The position numbers and the translations under genes are program-made. A stretch of 64,000 bases of DNA from Leucoraja ocellata (lineage: Eukaryota). This document shows positions 11,241 to 24,768 of the stretch, one piece after another. Numbering within the stretch: the stretch's first letter is position 1; the number at the start of each line of letters is the position of its first letter. The DNA lies in the NCBI GenBank assembly GCA_036785375.1, contig JAWMAR010000462.1:1240001-1304000 (forward strand). Reading direction: 5' to 3'. Under the pieces are notes generated by a model. It was given only the letters and a program-made list of their open reading frames with translations. It searched no databases and had not been told where the DNA came from.

Positions 11241-12290
11241 TTATGTCTCCAGTTACATTGGGATGGTCCCGGAACTGACTGTGAGCCTTGATCTGTGTTA
11301 TGAATGTTTTGGATTTCCACGTCACTAAAGCAGCAAAATATGCCGTAGCCTCACAATCCGTCTATTAAGAGAGAGAAGAGATTGCAGATGCTGGAATCTT
11401 GAGCAAAAAAAAAGTGGTGGATTAACGCAATTGATCTGTGGAGGGAGTGGACAGCCAAGATTTCAGGTCAGGACGCTGAGGACGTCGACTGTCCACTTAC
11501 TCCACTGATCCGCTGAGTGACTCCAGTACTTTGTGCGTTTTTTTGTAAATCGTGTGATTATTATGTATTTACTCTTAGTTGCTCTGAGTGATGTACTTGG
11601 TGTGTTGGTGATCAGGAGAATCTGGAGGGATGGAAGATAAGGGGAATGTTGATGGTGAGATGCTGCTGTTCTATGATCTAGATCCAGTCATGATGAAGGA
11701 ACAGCAGTGTACTCTCTAGTCAAGGCGACACTCGACCAGCAGGGGGACCAGGTCAGAGTGTTCCCAAAAAACAAAGTGTTGGAAGTGTTCAGGCTGATTG
11801 TAGTAGGAAGAGGAAAACTGGTCTCAGATAAGGTGTGGAGTGAAATGTAAAGCCGGAGAAAGGGATATAACAGCAAATGTCCGCTGTTCACTTCCGCTGG
11901 ATTGGCACCTTCAGCTCCCTCTTTAATTTACCTTAGTTTCTATCTTTTTTTTACTGTAAATCTAGGTAGCTGTGCCTCACGGTCACCCCGACTGGCACAA
12001 TAAATTGCAGATCAAAACCTGGCCGTTTTCTATGTTTTTAACGGGTGGGAAAGTGCGTGTTTTCCCATCCACTAACATGTACCGGATGTCTAGCATGTCC
12101 TCCACTTGAGATTTTCGGTCACGTGGGTGCGGATCTACGCTCTAGTGACCTTTCGTGAAATCACCCTATAGTGGAAGGGGACAGGGGGGAACAAGGGATG
12201 GGATAGTGAGGAGTGGAAGATGGTGGGGTGAGATAATGGATGCACATCAAGGTGGGGATGCTGAGGAGGGAGATATTACAGGTGGGGGTG

Positions 12291-12555
12291 TTACATAAAA
12301 TTAGAGAATTCAATGTTCATACCATTGGATTGTAAGCTACATAAGCAGAGTACAAGGTGCTGTTCCTCCAATTTGCATAGGGCCTCACTCTGGCAATGGA
12401 GGAGGCCACGGACAGAAAGGTTAGTATGGGAAGGGGAGTTAAAATGATTAGCAACTGGTTTGATCCCGGAGGCCTTGGCAGACACACGCAAGTGTTCGGC
12501 GAAATAATCACCTGATCTGCATTTGGTGTTGCTGATGTAAAGGAAGCAGTTCCTT
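12291..12555 (-). mobile_element. Penelope-like element, GIY-YIG endonuclease C-terminus
   Basis: ORF 12291..12599(-): ...GDYFAEHLR...PVANHFNSPSH...GLLHCQSEA..KLEEQHL.....SLQ.NGMNIEFSNF, typical of the PLE GIY-YIG end. Confidence 0.8.
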
Positions 12556-12679
12556 GTATCTACATTTAAATTGGGATTGTCCCAATCATGGTTGTGCATG
12601 TCAGACTTTTGCTCTGCTGTTGAACGTTTTGGATTACCACAGCTTTAAAACTATAAAACTTTATTTCACCAATCAATCT

Positions 12680-13100
12680 GTCTCTATAAGGAGAGATTGG
12701 ACAAGCTTAGATTGTTTTCTCTGGAGACTCAGAGTTTGAGGAGAGACCTGATATAGGTAAATAAAATTACGAGGGGCATAGACAGTCAGAACCTTTATCC
12801 CAGATTGGCAAATGTCAAAGACGAGAGAGCATAACTTTATGGTGTTAGGTGCAAAGTTTAAAGGAGATGCGCTGGGCAAGTTTTTGTTTTACAGAGTGGA
12901 GGCCTGTAACGCAATGCCAGGGGTGGTGATGGAGGCAGACACAATACTGGTGTTGAAGATGAGTTTAGATAAGCACATGGATCTGCTGGGAATGGAGAGA
13001 TATGGATCATGTGCAAGCAGAGAAGATTAATTTAACTTGATATCATGTTCAGTGTGGACTGAAGTGCCAGCACCTGTGCTAAACTGTTCTATGTCTATGT
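12680..13100 (+). mobile_element. CR1-type LINE 3' fragment
   Basis: Degenerate SY.ERLDKL..FSLE...LRGDLI.V.K and KTR.H motifs; 3' tail ttctatgtctatgtct. Confidence 0.75.
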
Positions 13101-16100
13101 CTAAAACACAACAGGGAGGTTGAGGAAACTGCAATGTGCTGGAGGAACTCAGTGGATCAGGCAGCATCTGGAGCATTTAGTTTCACAAATAACATGAATT
13201 ATTATTAAATATGTAAAAGAGAAAAACTGCATGTTTGTACATTAAATATAACTAGTGTTATACCCACCAGTGTTAGGATCTCCCTTTATTTTACATTTGG
13301 ACCATTGCCATTCATGTGACTCCCTAGGGTGCTATCTGAGGGCTATGCTGTCTGAGGCAATAGACAGTCAACATTTTGGGTCACGACCCTTCAGGCTGAT
13401 GGAGTAGGGGGGAGATAACTGGAAAAGAGATGTGAGGGTGTTGCAAAACCAGGCAAGTGATAGATGGATGCAGGTGGGTAAGAGGGATGTTTTGCGAAGG
13501 CAAGTCTGAGGAGAGACGTGGCTTTTGTCACAAGTCTGGGTTCGAGTTTCACTGTACCTAAATTGGTACACGTGACAATAAACAGACCTTTGAATCTTTT
13601 TGAACCTTTGAATATGGTCAAGCATAGGAATCACAGAGGGGGAGCGGTGAGAGAGGATCTCACAGGACTCCGGTCGGGGAGAGGAAGCAAACTTCTTCAA
13701 AGTAGGCATACTTTGAAGAGATTTCGCAGTGAAGCAATAGCAGACACAAGGTACTGCGGGTGCTAGTTGTCCTACTGAGTATTAGACCAGAGTTATTGTC
13801 TTCAGCTTTCGGTACAGTGTCTGATCATATGTTGACTTAATTGGACAATGGTCTCATTCGCCTTTAGCTTACATACAATTATAGTTTTAATCTTAAGTAT
13901 GGTGATAAATCAATGAATGAACAATTGACCGTAAGTCAATATTTGTTTGCCAGCGGTTTTTAGTTAAAGATGTTCAAATATATTGAAATGGATGAAGATT
14001 AATTTCTGCATTCACCATTTAAAGATTTTGATAGTGGTTTGTGCTTTGGACTACTGTTCAAAGGAAATTGGACATATATTTGAATGTGATTTTTGACAGT
14101 ACATCTCATGATCAGTGCGGCTTTTTTGTGAAGGTAAAATTCTGACTATGTTAAAAGGTACTTTGAGTAATATGTGTACAGTAAAACATAATGGATAATA
14201 GGGGGTCCGTTACTGCTGATTTCCCATTTTTAGTGAGTAGGGTGTTATTATTGTATGTAGTTAAAACAAAGAACTGCAGATGCTGATTAATGCACAAAAG
14301 GATACAAAGTGCTGGAGTAACTCAGCGGGTTAGGCAGCAGGTTGGAAAGAGGAGGCAAACTCAGAGTTATATGGTCTTTCTGCGTGGAAACGGGCCCTTC
14401 AGCCCAACTTTCCCACTACGGACAACGTCCCATCTTCATAAGCCCCACCTGTCTGCATTTGGCACATATCCCTCTAAACCTGTCCTATCTTTGTGTTAAA
14501 CCTGTCAAATCCATGTAACCTCTACAAGCCAGGCATTCTACTTTGCTTAGAGAATGGATAGGTGATGTTGGAACCCATCTTCAGACTAATTCGGTCTGCT
14601 GAGTTACTCCAGCACTTTGTGCCGCGTCACCGTAAAACTAAGCGCCAATGCGTGGTGTGAGGGCAGGGGTGGCGTCGGCAAGGTCCATTCACTATAACCA
14701 AAGTCTATTATAAAGGAGTTTGTTAAAATGAGTGTTTGTTGTGTTTTCATTGGACTAATTGGAAGCAAAGCTTAAGTTTATCTATTATTTCTCTTTTCTT
14801 TGGTCCATACTAGTGAATGAAATTAAGGGTTGTCTGTTCTAGGAATTTTAAATGTATATGCATTTTGAATGCTTTTGCAAATGTCTTGAATAATGGCCCA
14901 GAATGTAACTATCAGAAATGTTATGTCTTTTACCAGTAACTAGTACAAGTGCAGACTTTGCATTTAAATCATTTTCTTTGTATTATGTGGCAATCTATTC
15001 ATCTAGATCTTCTTTATGTTTTAGTTTTGAGTCTAAAGTGGTGTTATGCATTATTTATGGTTTAGGCTTTTCAATCTGTAAAATTCATAACATGATTTTG
15101 GCATCAAGAGCTATGAAGTTCTGGTAAGGTTGATAATTCAAATCCTTAGCCAAGAAAATTGCATCATCCCAATTCTTACTTTTCCCCCCCAAATATCTTG
15201 GTTTATTACAGTCATGTGTACCAAGATATAGTGGGACAATTGTTTTGTATGCTCTCAGGCAAATAATATAAAACTTGAGTACAATCATACCAGGCATCAG
15301 TACAGCAGATGGAATGGGATACTTATTGTCACAACAAGGCACAACAAGGCATAGTTGCATCCTTGGTTCTCCAGAGAGAGAAAGGAATATAGTGTTACAA
15401 ATATATTTATATTTCAAATAATAAAGTTGATATTGCATAAGCAGCTTTCCATAAGCAGGTTTCGCAAGCAGGTGACAGTGGTATGGATTCAATTTGTTAT
15501 TTTAGTTCGACAAGCTTGCACCAATTCCTCTGTATGTTCTCTGATGTCGTCTTACACAAGCAATGCGAGAGCTGCAGCTGATTTCAGCAGATATAGCAAC
15601 GCTCTTGTGCATTAACTCTATTCTATGTCATAGTTTTTCTGAATTTAAGTGTTAACAACTTGCCCAAATGTAAAATTAATCTGGGCTTTGTAAGTACAGT
15701 CCACAATAGTGATAAATTGTTGAAAAATTAGTTGACAAGTTTGATTTGAATGTACACATATAAGTAAGCATCTTTCATTGGGAGATGTCCTATTTCTGTT
15801 CTCATGGAAGTACCCCTATTTCAATGGGCTTCTGTACGTAAGTGGAAATAATAGTTGTTGGAGACACAATACTGAAATCATTTATTTCATTTCAATACAA
15901 TTATACTAAAACTGTTACTGTTTTCCTCTTTGTTACGATTTGATGTTCATCTGCTTCTTGTATACATAATTGGGGTTGATGTCAGTGAATCTTATTCTCT
16001 TATATGCTCTACCTGTACAGCAGAATACAGGCAAAGTGTCACTTATTATGTTGACTAGAAGTTTCAATTTTGGTGGAAGTGCTGAGAGTTTTAGATGATT

Positions 16101-16189
16101 CAGGCCACAAGGAACTTACTAACTATGCCTTGCACATTCTAATCCAAATTGTTGATGTAGATTAAAAACAATAATCGTACCAGTATCAA

Positions 16190-16560
16190 CCCTTGAGGCA
16201 CAGTATTAGTCACAGGCTTCCAGTCCAAAAAAATATATATTCCAACATCACCCTTTGCTTCCTTACCATCAAGCTAATTATGTATCCAATTAGCTAGCTC
16301 TTCCTGGAATCCATGCAATTTAACCATCCAGAATTGCTTAATATTTGGAACCTTATCAAAGATCTTGCTGAAACCCATGTAGACTATGTCTACAGCTCTG
16401 CCATTGTCAACCTTCTTAGTTACTTAAAAAATCTCAAATTCGTGAGTCACAATTTCCCACCCACAAAGCTGTGCTGGCTATCCCTAATCCATCTGACTTT
16501 CCAAATACATAGATATCTTATCCCTCAGAATCACCTCCAGTAAGTTGCCTGCCATGGATA
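16190..16560 (-). mobile_element. CR1-type RT fragment
   Basis: Reverse strand resembles the CR1 RT core (D.VYMDFSK.FDKV region), similar to 58043..58290. Confidence 0.6.
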
Positions 16561-19500
16561 TCAGGTGAATAGATGTTAAATGGCTTATTTACATAAGATG
16601 CGCCGAGACCGTAAGAACAAGTTGATGATGTAAGTCAACAGTTACCTTTCAGCTTGCAGAATTTTTTTCATGCTGCTGTTGACTGGTATTGCAGTAGAAA
16701 GAAATGTGCAAAGCTAATACTTTACCACTTAGCAGCTTTGTAATTACGTTGTTACTATCGCAGTGAACATTTTCAAGTTGCTATCAAAAGAGCAAAGCAA
16801 AAACACTGTGAATATTTTGTCTTGTTTTAAGTTTTCAGCTCAATTTAATGCATCAGTTGTATTCTCCATACTTTGATGTAAGCAGTATTAAAGGAATGCT
16901 TTAATTTTTCATCTTAGTTTTTATTCCAAACCCCATTTAACTATTGCCAGTTAATGCTTGTGTCTACACATGACATAGATACTATTTCTTCCGTTTTGGT
17001 AATGGGGGAGTGAGTGCACACTTTTGTAATTTGGTGATGTGACACCTCATCAGTGCCAGGCTAATTGGATTCCAGACAATTACATCATTAGATACTGGCA
17101 ATTCATATTTCAGCAATGAGCTGTGGGGTAAGATATTAAGCACTCACCTTATGAAAGCCTTTTTAGGATTCTTCTGAAACTCTATCTTACAAGAAATGAT
17201 TTTCTTCACTGGCTTATATCCTATGCTTGTGGATATATTTTTTCCTTCCTTTGCTTTCCGACTACTTCCAAAGGTGCTGCCACTATCTGCTGGAGTAAAC
17301 TCAGTGGCTGACTTGCTGAAGAAGGGTCTCGATCCGAAAAGTCACTCATTCCTTCTCTCCAGAGATGCTGCCTCACCTGCTGAGTTACTTCAACATTTTG
17401 TGTCTACCGCTGACTTGCTGAGTAACTCCAGCACTTTGGGTTTTCCTCAAGATTCCAGCATCTGTAGTTCCTTGTGTCACTATTCTACTGCCACTATATG
17501 TTGTGTTTGCTCCACCAAGCTGGCGTGAGGTAGAATCTGTGTTTCTCTTATGATTTTGTGTTGTTACTTCTAATGCATGGGGACAGGGTTCGAGGGATGG
17601 AAATTGTCACTTCAATTGAACACAATGAATAAAGTGTCCTACTGCTTGTTTATGCTTCCGTATATATAGCATAGAATGTATTGAGTAATGAGATGATTGT
17701 GCAAACTATAATTAACGTCTAGATGTCTGATACCTGAAAGATTTGTTTACTGGGAAAATACTTACAAAGATGGCAACTGTTTTTAAAAGGTGCTGCTCAT
17801 TGATCCACATATTGCTTGGGTATATGAAGGCAAATAGGCAAATTAATTGGCACCAAATCTATATAGGAGATGAATATTTTTTTTTAAATTTAAACTGCCC
17901 CAGGAAGGCATCTTAAAATTCATTTTGTTTTTCCTGTAGTCCCTAAAATGTGAATTTGCTGGTTCCAGCCAGCATGACATGTCTTTTTAAAAAAAACAGA
18001 ATACAAACCTATGCAGTTTCCTAATCTACCTCAAGTATATGACATTATATTTGTCCTCAGTAGATGACTCTTAAGTCGCATCAAAATTGGCAAGCAATTT
18101 TATTGCTTTGATGAAAGAACTGATAGTACCTTTTATTATCTCAGGCGTTCTTTAGGATAAAACAGAATTTTGATCGTTTTTCAAGTGGTACAACGTAATC
18201 TCAAAGACAGCCACGTTTTTGCATTATCTGCAAATGAAATAGTTCAATTTGAAAGAGAAAATTGTCGGCAGTGTTAATCTGTTGAATGCTACAGATTTCT
18301 GCCCATAACTCGAGTGCAATCAAAATCCACTTATTGTTTACAACCTTCCAATTATGCAGTTGTTTAAAATTGTGCAATGTGAAGTTTGGCCTTTAATCTC
18401 AGGAGCTCTGATTTTTCCTTTCAGCTGCCTGAAATTATTTTTATGTGGCTTTTTTCCTGAGTGATTCTGTTGAGAAGGAAAATATACTTTTCCAGTTCTA
18501 ACTCATTTACCTACCAGTAATTTCTCATTGTGATCAAACCTGGCATTATTGAATGTACTATAATCAATTATTTTACAGTTGACCTGCGAATGGACCATAT
18601 GATCATTATTACTTTGGACCTCTGGAGTCTTGCCTCACTATTATCACCAAGCACAATAATTAAAACAAGTTTTCCCATCCAATCCAATCCCTGACATATT
18701 TATTAAATACAATATTTAAGTGTTAATAGCCTAATGGTCTTGCTAACCTTCACCTTTGATTGCATTTTTTTAAACACCGTTTGCCTTTACAGAAATTAAT
18801 GTGACCTTTTAATTGGATTTCAAAGTTATCGGTTTTACCTATTGAGATTGCAGATGAACATTTTCTTTGCATTTAATAAAGTAAAGCTCATTCTATCCTT
18901 TGTTTCTCAACAGTTTATCGCTGACAATTTAAGCATTAGCAGAAAGAAATCCTGAAATCCTGCCAGTCTTGGTTAATCTTAATTCCTGTAATTTAAGTAA
19001 TTACAGCTATTACCAATTCTCAGTAATTTCTAATATAATTCACACATACTCTCCAAACATATGCCCGATTCTCAATGTAGTTTTCAACAGCACTCTTATT
19101 AAACTCGGTTAATGAAAAAGAGTCAAGTCAAGAGTCAAGAGAGTTTTATTGTCATGTGTCCCAGATAGGACAATGAAATTCTTGCTTGCTGCAGACCTTC
19201 GAAAAAAGATTTTATGCAGCCACTTGGCTTCCTTTTTCAATTTCTTTGAATAATTTTTAAAAAATAATATTTTCTCGTTTAATCAGTCTGGAATGGTGTG
19301 TGGCAATCCAGAACATCTTTGCAATTTCCTTTGTTTTGTTACCCAATGAATAATTAGCCAATTAACATGTGAATACTTTATGGTTCCCTTAATTTTCATT
19401 TTCTAAATGGACAGCTAAAATCAAAGGAAATTGTAGAACGCAATCATCTTACTGCTTTTGTAATATTGGAGACTTTAAAAAAAGGAAATAAAAGCAACAG

Positions 19501-19881
19501 ACTCTGTATACTAATTTGCTAATTATCTTGTGAAAGAGTAACTGCAACAGAGGGACAATAGTTTTGTACACTTCGTTTCAAATATCTCCTCAATATCCTC
19601 TATCCAAAAGTGCACAATCCCCAACAAATTTTGTTTCTCTTCATCATTATAATTCTTCAGCCCTGGCAACATGCACATTATCACTGCATCCTCTCCAGCG
19701 CTATCTTGTTTGGTGGTGACTGGAGGTTCAGTTTTGACCTGACTAATAATGTTTACAATTTTATTCCATTCCCCATCTGATAAATTTAAGTATCTTATTC
19801 ACCTTTCTCAACGGCTTTATCTGGCCACTGGCAAGTGCTAAATTTGTATCGGAAAATAATGAAGTAAACTTTTCTTTGCAG

Positions 19882-19982
19882 ATTGGGAATTGGCAATCAG
19901 GGTCGGTGCGATGGATTGTGCCGAGGAGAAGAATTTTGCCGCATGTGCAGACTATGGTATTCACTTCTATCCAACGTTTCGG
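19882..19982 (+). CDS. QSOX2: QSOX2 exon 2
   Basis: tttctttgcag|AT; (D)[33 protein letters not shown]; donor |gtaagg; 101 nt. Confidence 0.95.
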
Positions 19983-20959
19983 GTAAGGGCATACCTGTTG
20001 ACGAAGTAATACTTTGTATAGTGAATGTGTGTAGTGTGTCTTTGTCTAGTGAATCATTCTTTGCAAACTTGCATATTTGAAATTAAAGTGAGATTTTTAT
20101 TTATTCGTTTTTTCAGTTCCTTGATGTGCAGTCTTTTCTGCTGAAATGTAAGAATGTTTAGCTAATTTTGTGGGTGGAGAGAAATACAAGCTTTATAATT
20201 GAGAACCGACTTAACAGTACCTTTTCTTTGCATTGTGAAACGTGCATAGTAACTAGAACTGTTAAAGGTTAGTTTTAGTTTAGTTTATTTATTAATGTGG
20301 TTTATTGTCCTGTAAGCCACCTATGACTTTGAAGTTTGACTAAATAAATACATTTTTCCAATCTAATTGATTATCAAACTATTTTGGCTGGTGAACCCTG
20401 TATATTTATCGTCTCTGTTGAAGCAATGAGAGACTGGCCCACTTTTTCCCAGTCATGCTGTATCTTTTGGTTTAATATGTACTTCTTGCCAGAGCTATAC
20501 CAGAGATACACAGATGACCAGCATGCAGCTTAGTTAGTCTCTCACTGGATAAATTCCCTGCAGCATAAACTTATCAGAGGGATAAGTTAGGTGCAGAGTA
20601 TACCATGAAGAAAGAAGTTCCCCTGAACTAAAATTATGCAAATCTTCTCAGCACTCCCGAATCAAAGGGTAAAAGTCAATGTTTCCTGATTGATATCAGT
20701 AAAATAATCTGTTATATATGTGAACAAAATTGGGGGAGATACTTGTCCAGAATACTTTGTGACTGTCATGCCACCAGGCAGAAAAAAGGTCCATAAACCT
20801 TTTCTATTGTAATAAACCTTGTAATGGTGAATTGTACAGAAATTAATTTATTGCTATTTTGAAATTTGAAAATTCAATTCTCAATAAATATATGCACTTT
20901 CTAATTTGATTTACATTTACATTACTTGGATACCAATAACTTTTTTTTGTCCCATTGTT

Positions 20960-21625
20960 GCTGGAGGAACTCTCTGAGGTACCACAACAGTAATGCCAAT
21001 GACGATTGGTCTGTGTTGTGAGTGTGGTATTGGCTTAAAGACTAGTTATTTGCCTTGACATGTTATTTGATCACCTGTAAAGGTCTGGTCGAGATTATAG
21101 CCTTTCTCCCATCCGCAGCTATTGAAGGAAGGAGGAAGTTTAACATCATGAATTAGGTCAAGATGATATGCTTCTGCCCAACTCTCTACAAGATTACCAT
21201 CCTCGTTGGTTTCTTTATAGCCCCATGAGGTGCTGTGACTGTTGAAATCCCCAATGGTAACATTCATGTGTTGGTAACTGATGTTTTGTTCTTCAAAGGC
21301 AAATGAAGAGCCTGGCGGTTTGTAAACAGAGCTCACATTTAGTTTTCTCCAGGTTCACAGCAAGGATTTCTATGTTGTCCCTTTCTGTCATTGAAGTCTG
21401 GTTGATAATTAGGTCTCTTTTACTGAAGATAGTGCTGCCATATTTCTCATGTGGCCTTTCAATGACTAGCTTCATTCCAGGGATCTTAGGTGGATGCTGT
21501 TGCTGGCCTCTGTGGGTCTCTTGTAGACATAAGACATCACAGTCATTCTCATTGCAGAGCTTTCCAATTAGTTGTTGTTTTGCAGATGAAACCCCCTCGG
21601 CATTGATGACATGGCTTCTGGCGAC
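20960..21625 (-). mobile_element. Ingi/Vingi-like LINE, AP-endonuclease region (frameshifted)
   Basis: - strand: INAEGVSSAKQQLI...CDVLCLQETHRG...PGMKLVIERPHEKYGSTIF; SVYKPP; VTIGDFNSHSTSWGY; LIHDVKLPPSFNS..W.KGYNLD. Confidence 0.7.
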
Positions 21626-21779
21626 AATCAGTGGGAGCCATCACTTGTTAAAACTTGATAGGCTGGTGCTTGTAGCTTTGCAGGAGTTGGTACAATAGAT
21701 ACAGTAGATGATGGTGGCCTAGCTCAGGACGCTTAGAATTAGCTCAGGACACTTCCCATTTCCAGCCCCGCGAACTGGA

Positions 21780-22045
21780 TTCTTCTGCTATGGGGCTGTT
21801 TATCAACATGAGGACCAAAGTTGTGCCAATGAAAGTCAAAGAAGCCATTATGAGGCTGAGAAACAAGAATAAAACTGTTGGAAACATCAGCCAGACCAAA
21901 ATCAACTGGTTGGTACATCAGTAAGAAGAAAGAGATGGTGAACACTGGTGAGCTGACTGATCGCAAAGGGACTGGCAGGCCAAGGAAGACCTCCACAGCT
22001 GATGACAGAAGAATGCTCTCTGTAATAAAGAAAAATCCCCAAACA
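21780..22045 (+). mobile_element. Tc1-like transposase N-terminal fragment
   Basis: KSTGWYISKKKE...TGELTDRKGTGRPRKTSTADDRR...IKKNP (GRPRK motif). Confidence 0.75.
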
Positions 22046-22559
22046 CATAATAGGTGCTGTTTTTTTAATTTGCTCTCTGAACTGACACTATATCGGCTGA
22101 TTATATGGGCATTTCAAAGAAATTCTATCTGGAATAGCTGTACTAACAATTTTCTTCAACTTTCAAGAATTTGCATGTGCCTTTGGAACATATAATTTGA
22201 GGACTATATCACATTGTGTTTTCTCATGGGGATTAAAATACATTTCTACTTTGATTTTCTTGACAGCGCCACCACAATTGTGCAGAATTGCTTAATGTGG
22301 TTGGAAATTAATTATTGCCAGTTAAAGGACATGGCTACTAGGAAAAGGTTGTTGCTTATCACAATTTTGGGTGAGATTAACCCTGAAGGTGAATTTTTGG
22401 AACAAATGTGCCTTGCCAAGTTTCTTACTAATTTTCACAATTGAATGTACTTATTGGGTAAATGTGAAATATTTGTTTTAAATCCACAGACTCTTGTGTG
22501 TTTTCAGTAAGAAATCTGTTGTTATTATCACTCATTTTTCACTTCTTGTTCCCTTGCAG

Positions 22560-22608
22560 TTCTTCAAAGCACTCGTGGGTCAGTTCGCAACAGGAGAAGA
22601 TTATTACG
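22560..22608 (+). CDS. QSOX2: QSOX2 exon 3
   Basis: cccttgcag|TTC; FFKALVGQFATGEDYY(G); donor |gtatgg; 49 nt, phases compatible. Confidence 0.9.
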
Positions 22609-22966
22609 GTATGGTACTAATGAGACAATTATTGAAGAATTTCTATATCTAGCAGAAAATTGTAGAAAAGGCATTTCATGTTTCCTTCAATTTAAATGTA
22701 TAACATTAGAAGCACAATACTAGTTCAATCAAGAATTTGAAATTGTGCAATTTGGATATGGATAGCTCTGATATTAAGTTACAACTGTGGGCAGGTATTT
22801 GAATTTGCGACTGCAACATAAGTGGTGCCTTGCATTTAAATACTCTATCTCTGTAGAACTATAGCTGTTTCCTTTTCTATTTATTGGAAGGTGGCTGAGA
22901 TTTATTTTTGTATTCATCTACCAATCACCTAAACAATTCGATCTAACCACCCTCTGAAATGGTGTT

Positions 22967-23262
22967 TAATGCTTTCAGAAAGTATTCAGACCCCTTCACT
23001 TTTTCCACATTTTGTTACGATACAGCCTTATTCTAAAATGGATTAAAAAAATTTTTTAATCAATCTACACACAATACCCCATAATACAAAAGCAAAAACA
23101 GGTGTTTGGAAATGTTTGCAAAGTAATTATACAGAAATAACTGAAATATCACATTTATATAAGTATTCAGACACTTTACTCAGTACTTTGTTGAGGCATC
23201 TTTGGCAGCGATTACAGCCTCAAGTCTTCTTGGGTATGTGCTACAAGCTTGGCACACTTGTA
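22967..23262 (-). mobile_element. Tc1-like (IR/DR type) transposon right end
   Basis: Long TIR with internal direct repeat aagtattcagac (about 22980 and 23161); the - strand encodes the transposase C-terminus YPRRLEAVIAAKDASTKY*. Confidence 0.8.
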
Positions 23263-23264
23263 TG

Positions 23265-23391
23265 AGGCGACCATAATGAGGCTGTGACTAGTTTCCAGAA
23301 TGCAGGAACTCCTCACGACCATGAAGGCAACTCCCCGGCGACTATGTAGCGACTGCATAGTCGCCTGCAGTTGCCTAAGTGGGACAGGCCC
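23265..23391. mobile_element. PIF/Harbinger-like element end
   Basis: Ends in cctaagtgggacaggccc, sharing the TIR core of the MITE at 54384..54581. Confidence 0.55.
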
Positions 23392-23470
23392 ATATGGTTT
23401 ACTTTTATGATAATGCTCATGAAAAATGGATTAGGGAACTCATTAAAATCTGTGAATATTTGTTTTGCAG

Positions 23471-23576
23471 GACCAAACAAAGAGTTACAGACGTTCCGAC
23501 ATACCATGATTGATTTTCTACAAAATAGTACATATCCAAACAAGCCCCCTGCTTGCCCTGTGCTGGAACCAGCCAG
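23471..23576 (+). CDS. QSOX2: QSOX2 exon 4
   Basis: ttttgcag|GA; (G)PNKELQTFRHTMIDFLQNSTYPNKPPACPVLEPA; donor |gtattg; 106 nt. Confidence 0.93.
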
Positions 23577-24677
23577 GTATTGTTAAAAGTACCCGTTTTT
23601 AAGTAATAACATCAATGATTTTTCTGGTGACTAATAATTACCTTGGTACAAGATTAGAGAGATGTTGCTTTTTACATATTTGAAGAGGGTGCCCCCTACT
23701 GTTACTTAACTTTGTGGCAGGCTCTTCATTTTTACGGAGATGTGTATATTCTAACATACAGCTACATTTTATTTTCTCGCATCACTTTGCAGCAAATCAA
23801 TTACTTTGATTTGGCCTTTCTTTTGGTCAATTAGGAAATGAAAGAGCAATTCCTTGAGAATTACTTTATTATTTTATCTTGTGCCTTTCATGTGCAAAAT
23901 TCTCTTTGTTTCCACAACATTAATTGATTAAATTCCTTGTATACAATCTTATTGATGTTGATTTCTTACAATATACTAAAAGGAACTGTCCTTCATAGTA
24001 TTTAGACATGCCAGACCTTAAGATCATTGCTTCATTTTTCTGTCCTAATGCTATTAATCTTAGTCTTAGTAATTTTGCTGAACGACCACGATCTCTGTTG
24101 AATGATTATTTTTCAGAAGAGATAAATGTTCCTCTTGTTCCTACCCTAATAAACAGCAAAGCCAATTTGAAAGGTTAAGAATGTTGATGGAGCCAGGAAA
24201 AGATTCTGAGTTGGGTGAATGAGCTCCAAAGTCACATAACCTACTAGGAATTGTTTCGGTGTGCTCTTTGAGCATTTATTTTTGTTTAGGAAAGACGGTG
24301 TTGTATTTGAAGGCTGTCAGAATTTGCTAAACTATAATCATGCAGCTAATCTTCAGAAGATGAACCAAAGAAATTGATCATACTGAAAATCAAATATCAT
24401 GGATGTTGTAAAGCTTGCTGTTTAGTTTAGAATTCCACCATTCACAAACAAGAGTTCTCAAGTTTTATTAAATATATTTAATGTTCTTTACAGAAATTTA
24501 GAACATCAATATAGTTCAATATTCCTTTACTTAGTTCAAATTTACAAAATGACCTGTGGCATCTATCTAATGTTTTGTTATAATTAGAAAAGCAGTCTTC
24601 TTGGGAGATGCCTTGGTATGCATTTTTGTTCCAACTGTCATCCTCAAAAGTCTTTTAAATGTGTTTCTCTCTTTCAG

Positions 24678-24768
24678 CTCCTTTTCTATCCTATCAGACT
24701 TGGGTAAACACCAGAAGCATTATACTGCTGTTATCTTTGAAACAGCGTCGTCATATGTAGGTCGGGAG
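24678..24768 (+). CDS. QSOX2: QSOX2 exon 5
   Basis: ctctttcag|C; (S)SFSILSDLGKHQKHYTAVIFETASSYVGRE; donor |gtaagt; 91 nt. Confidence 0.93.
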
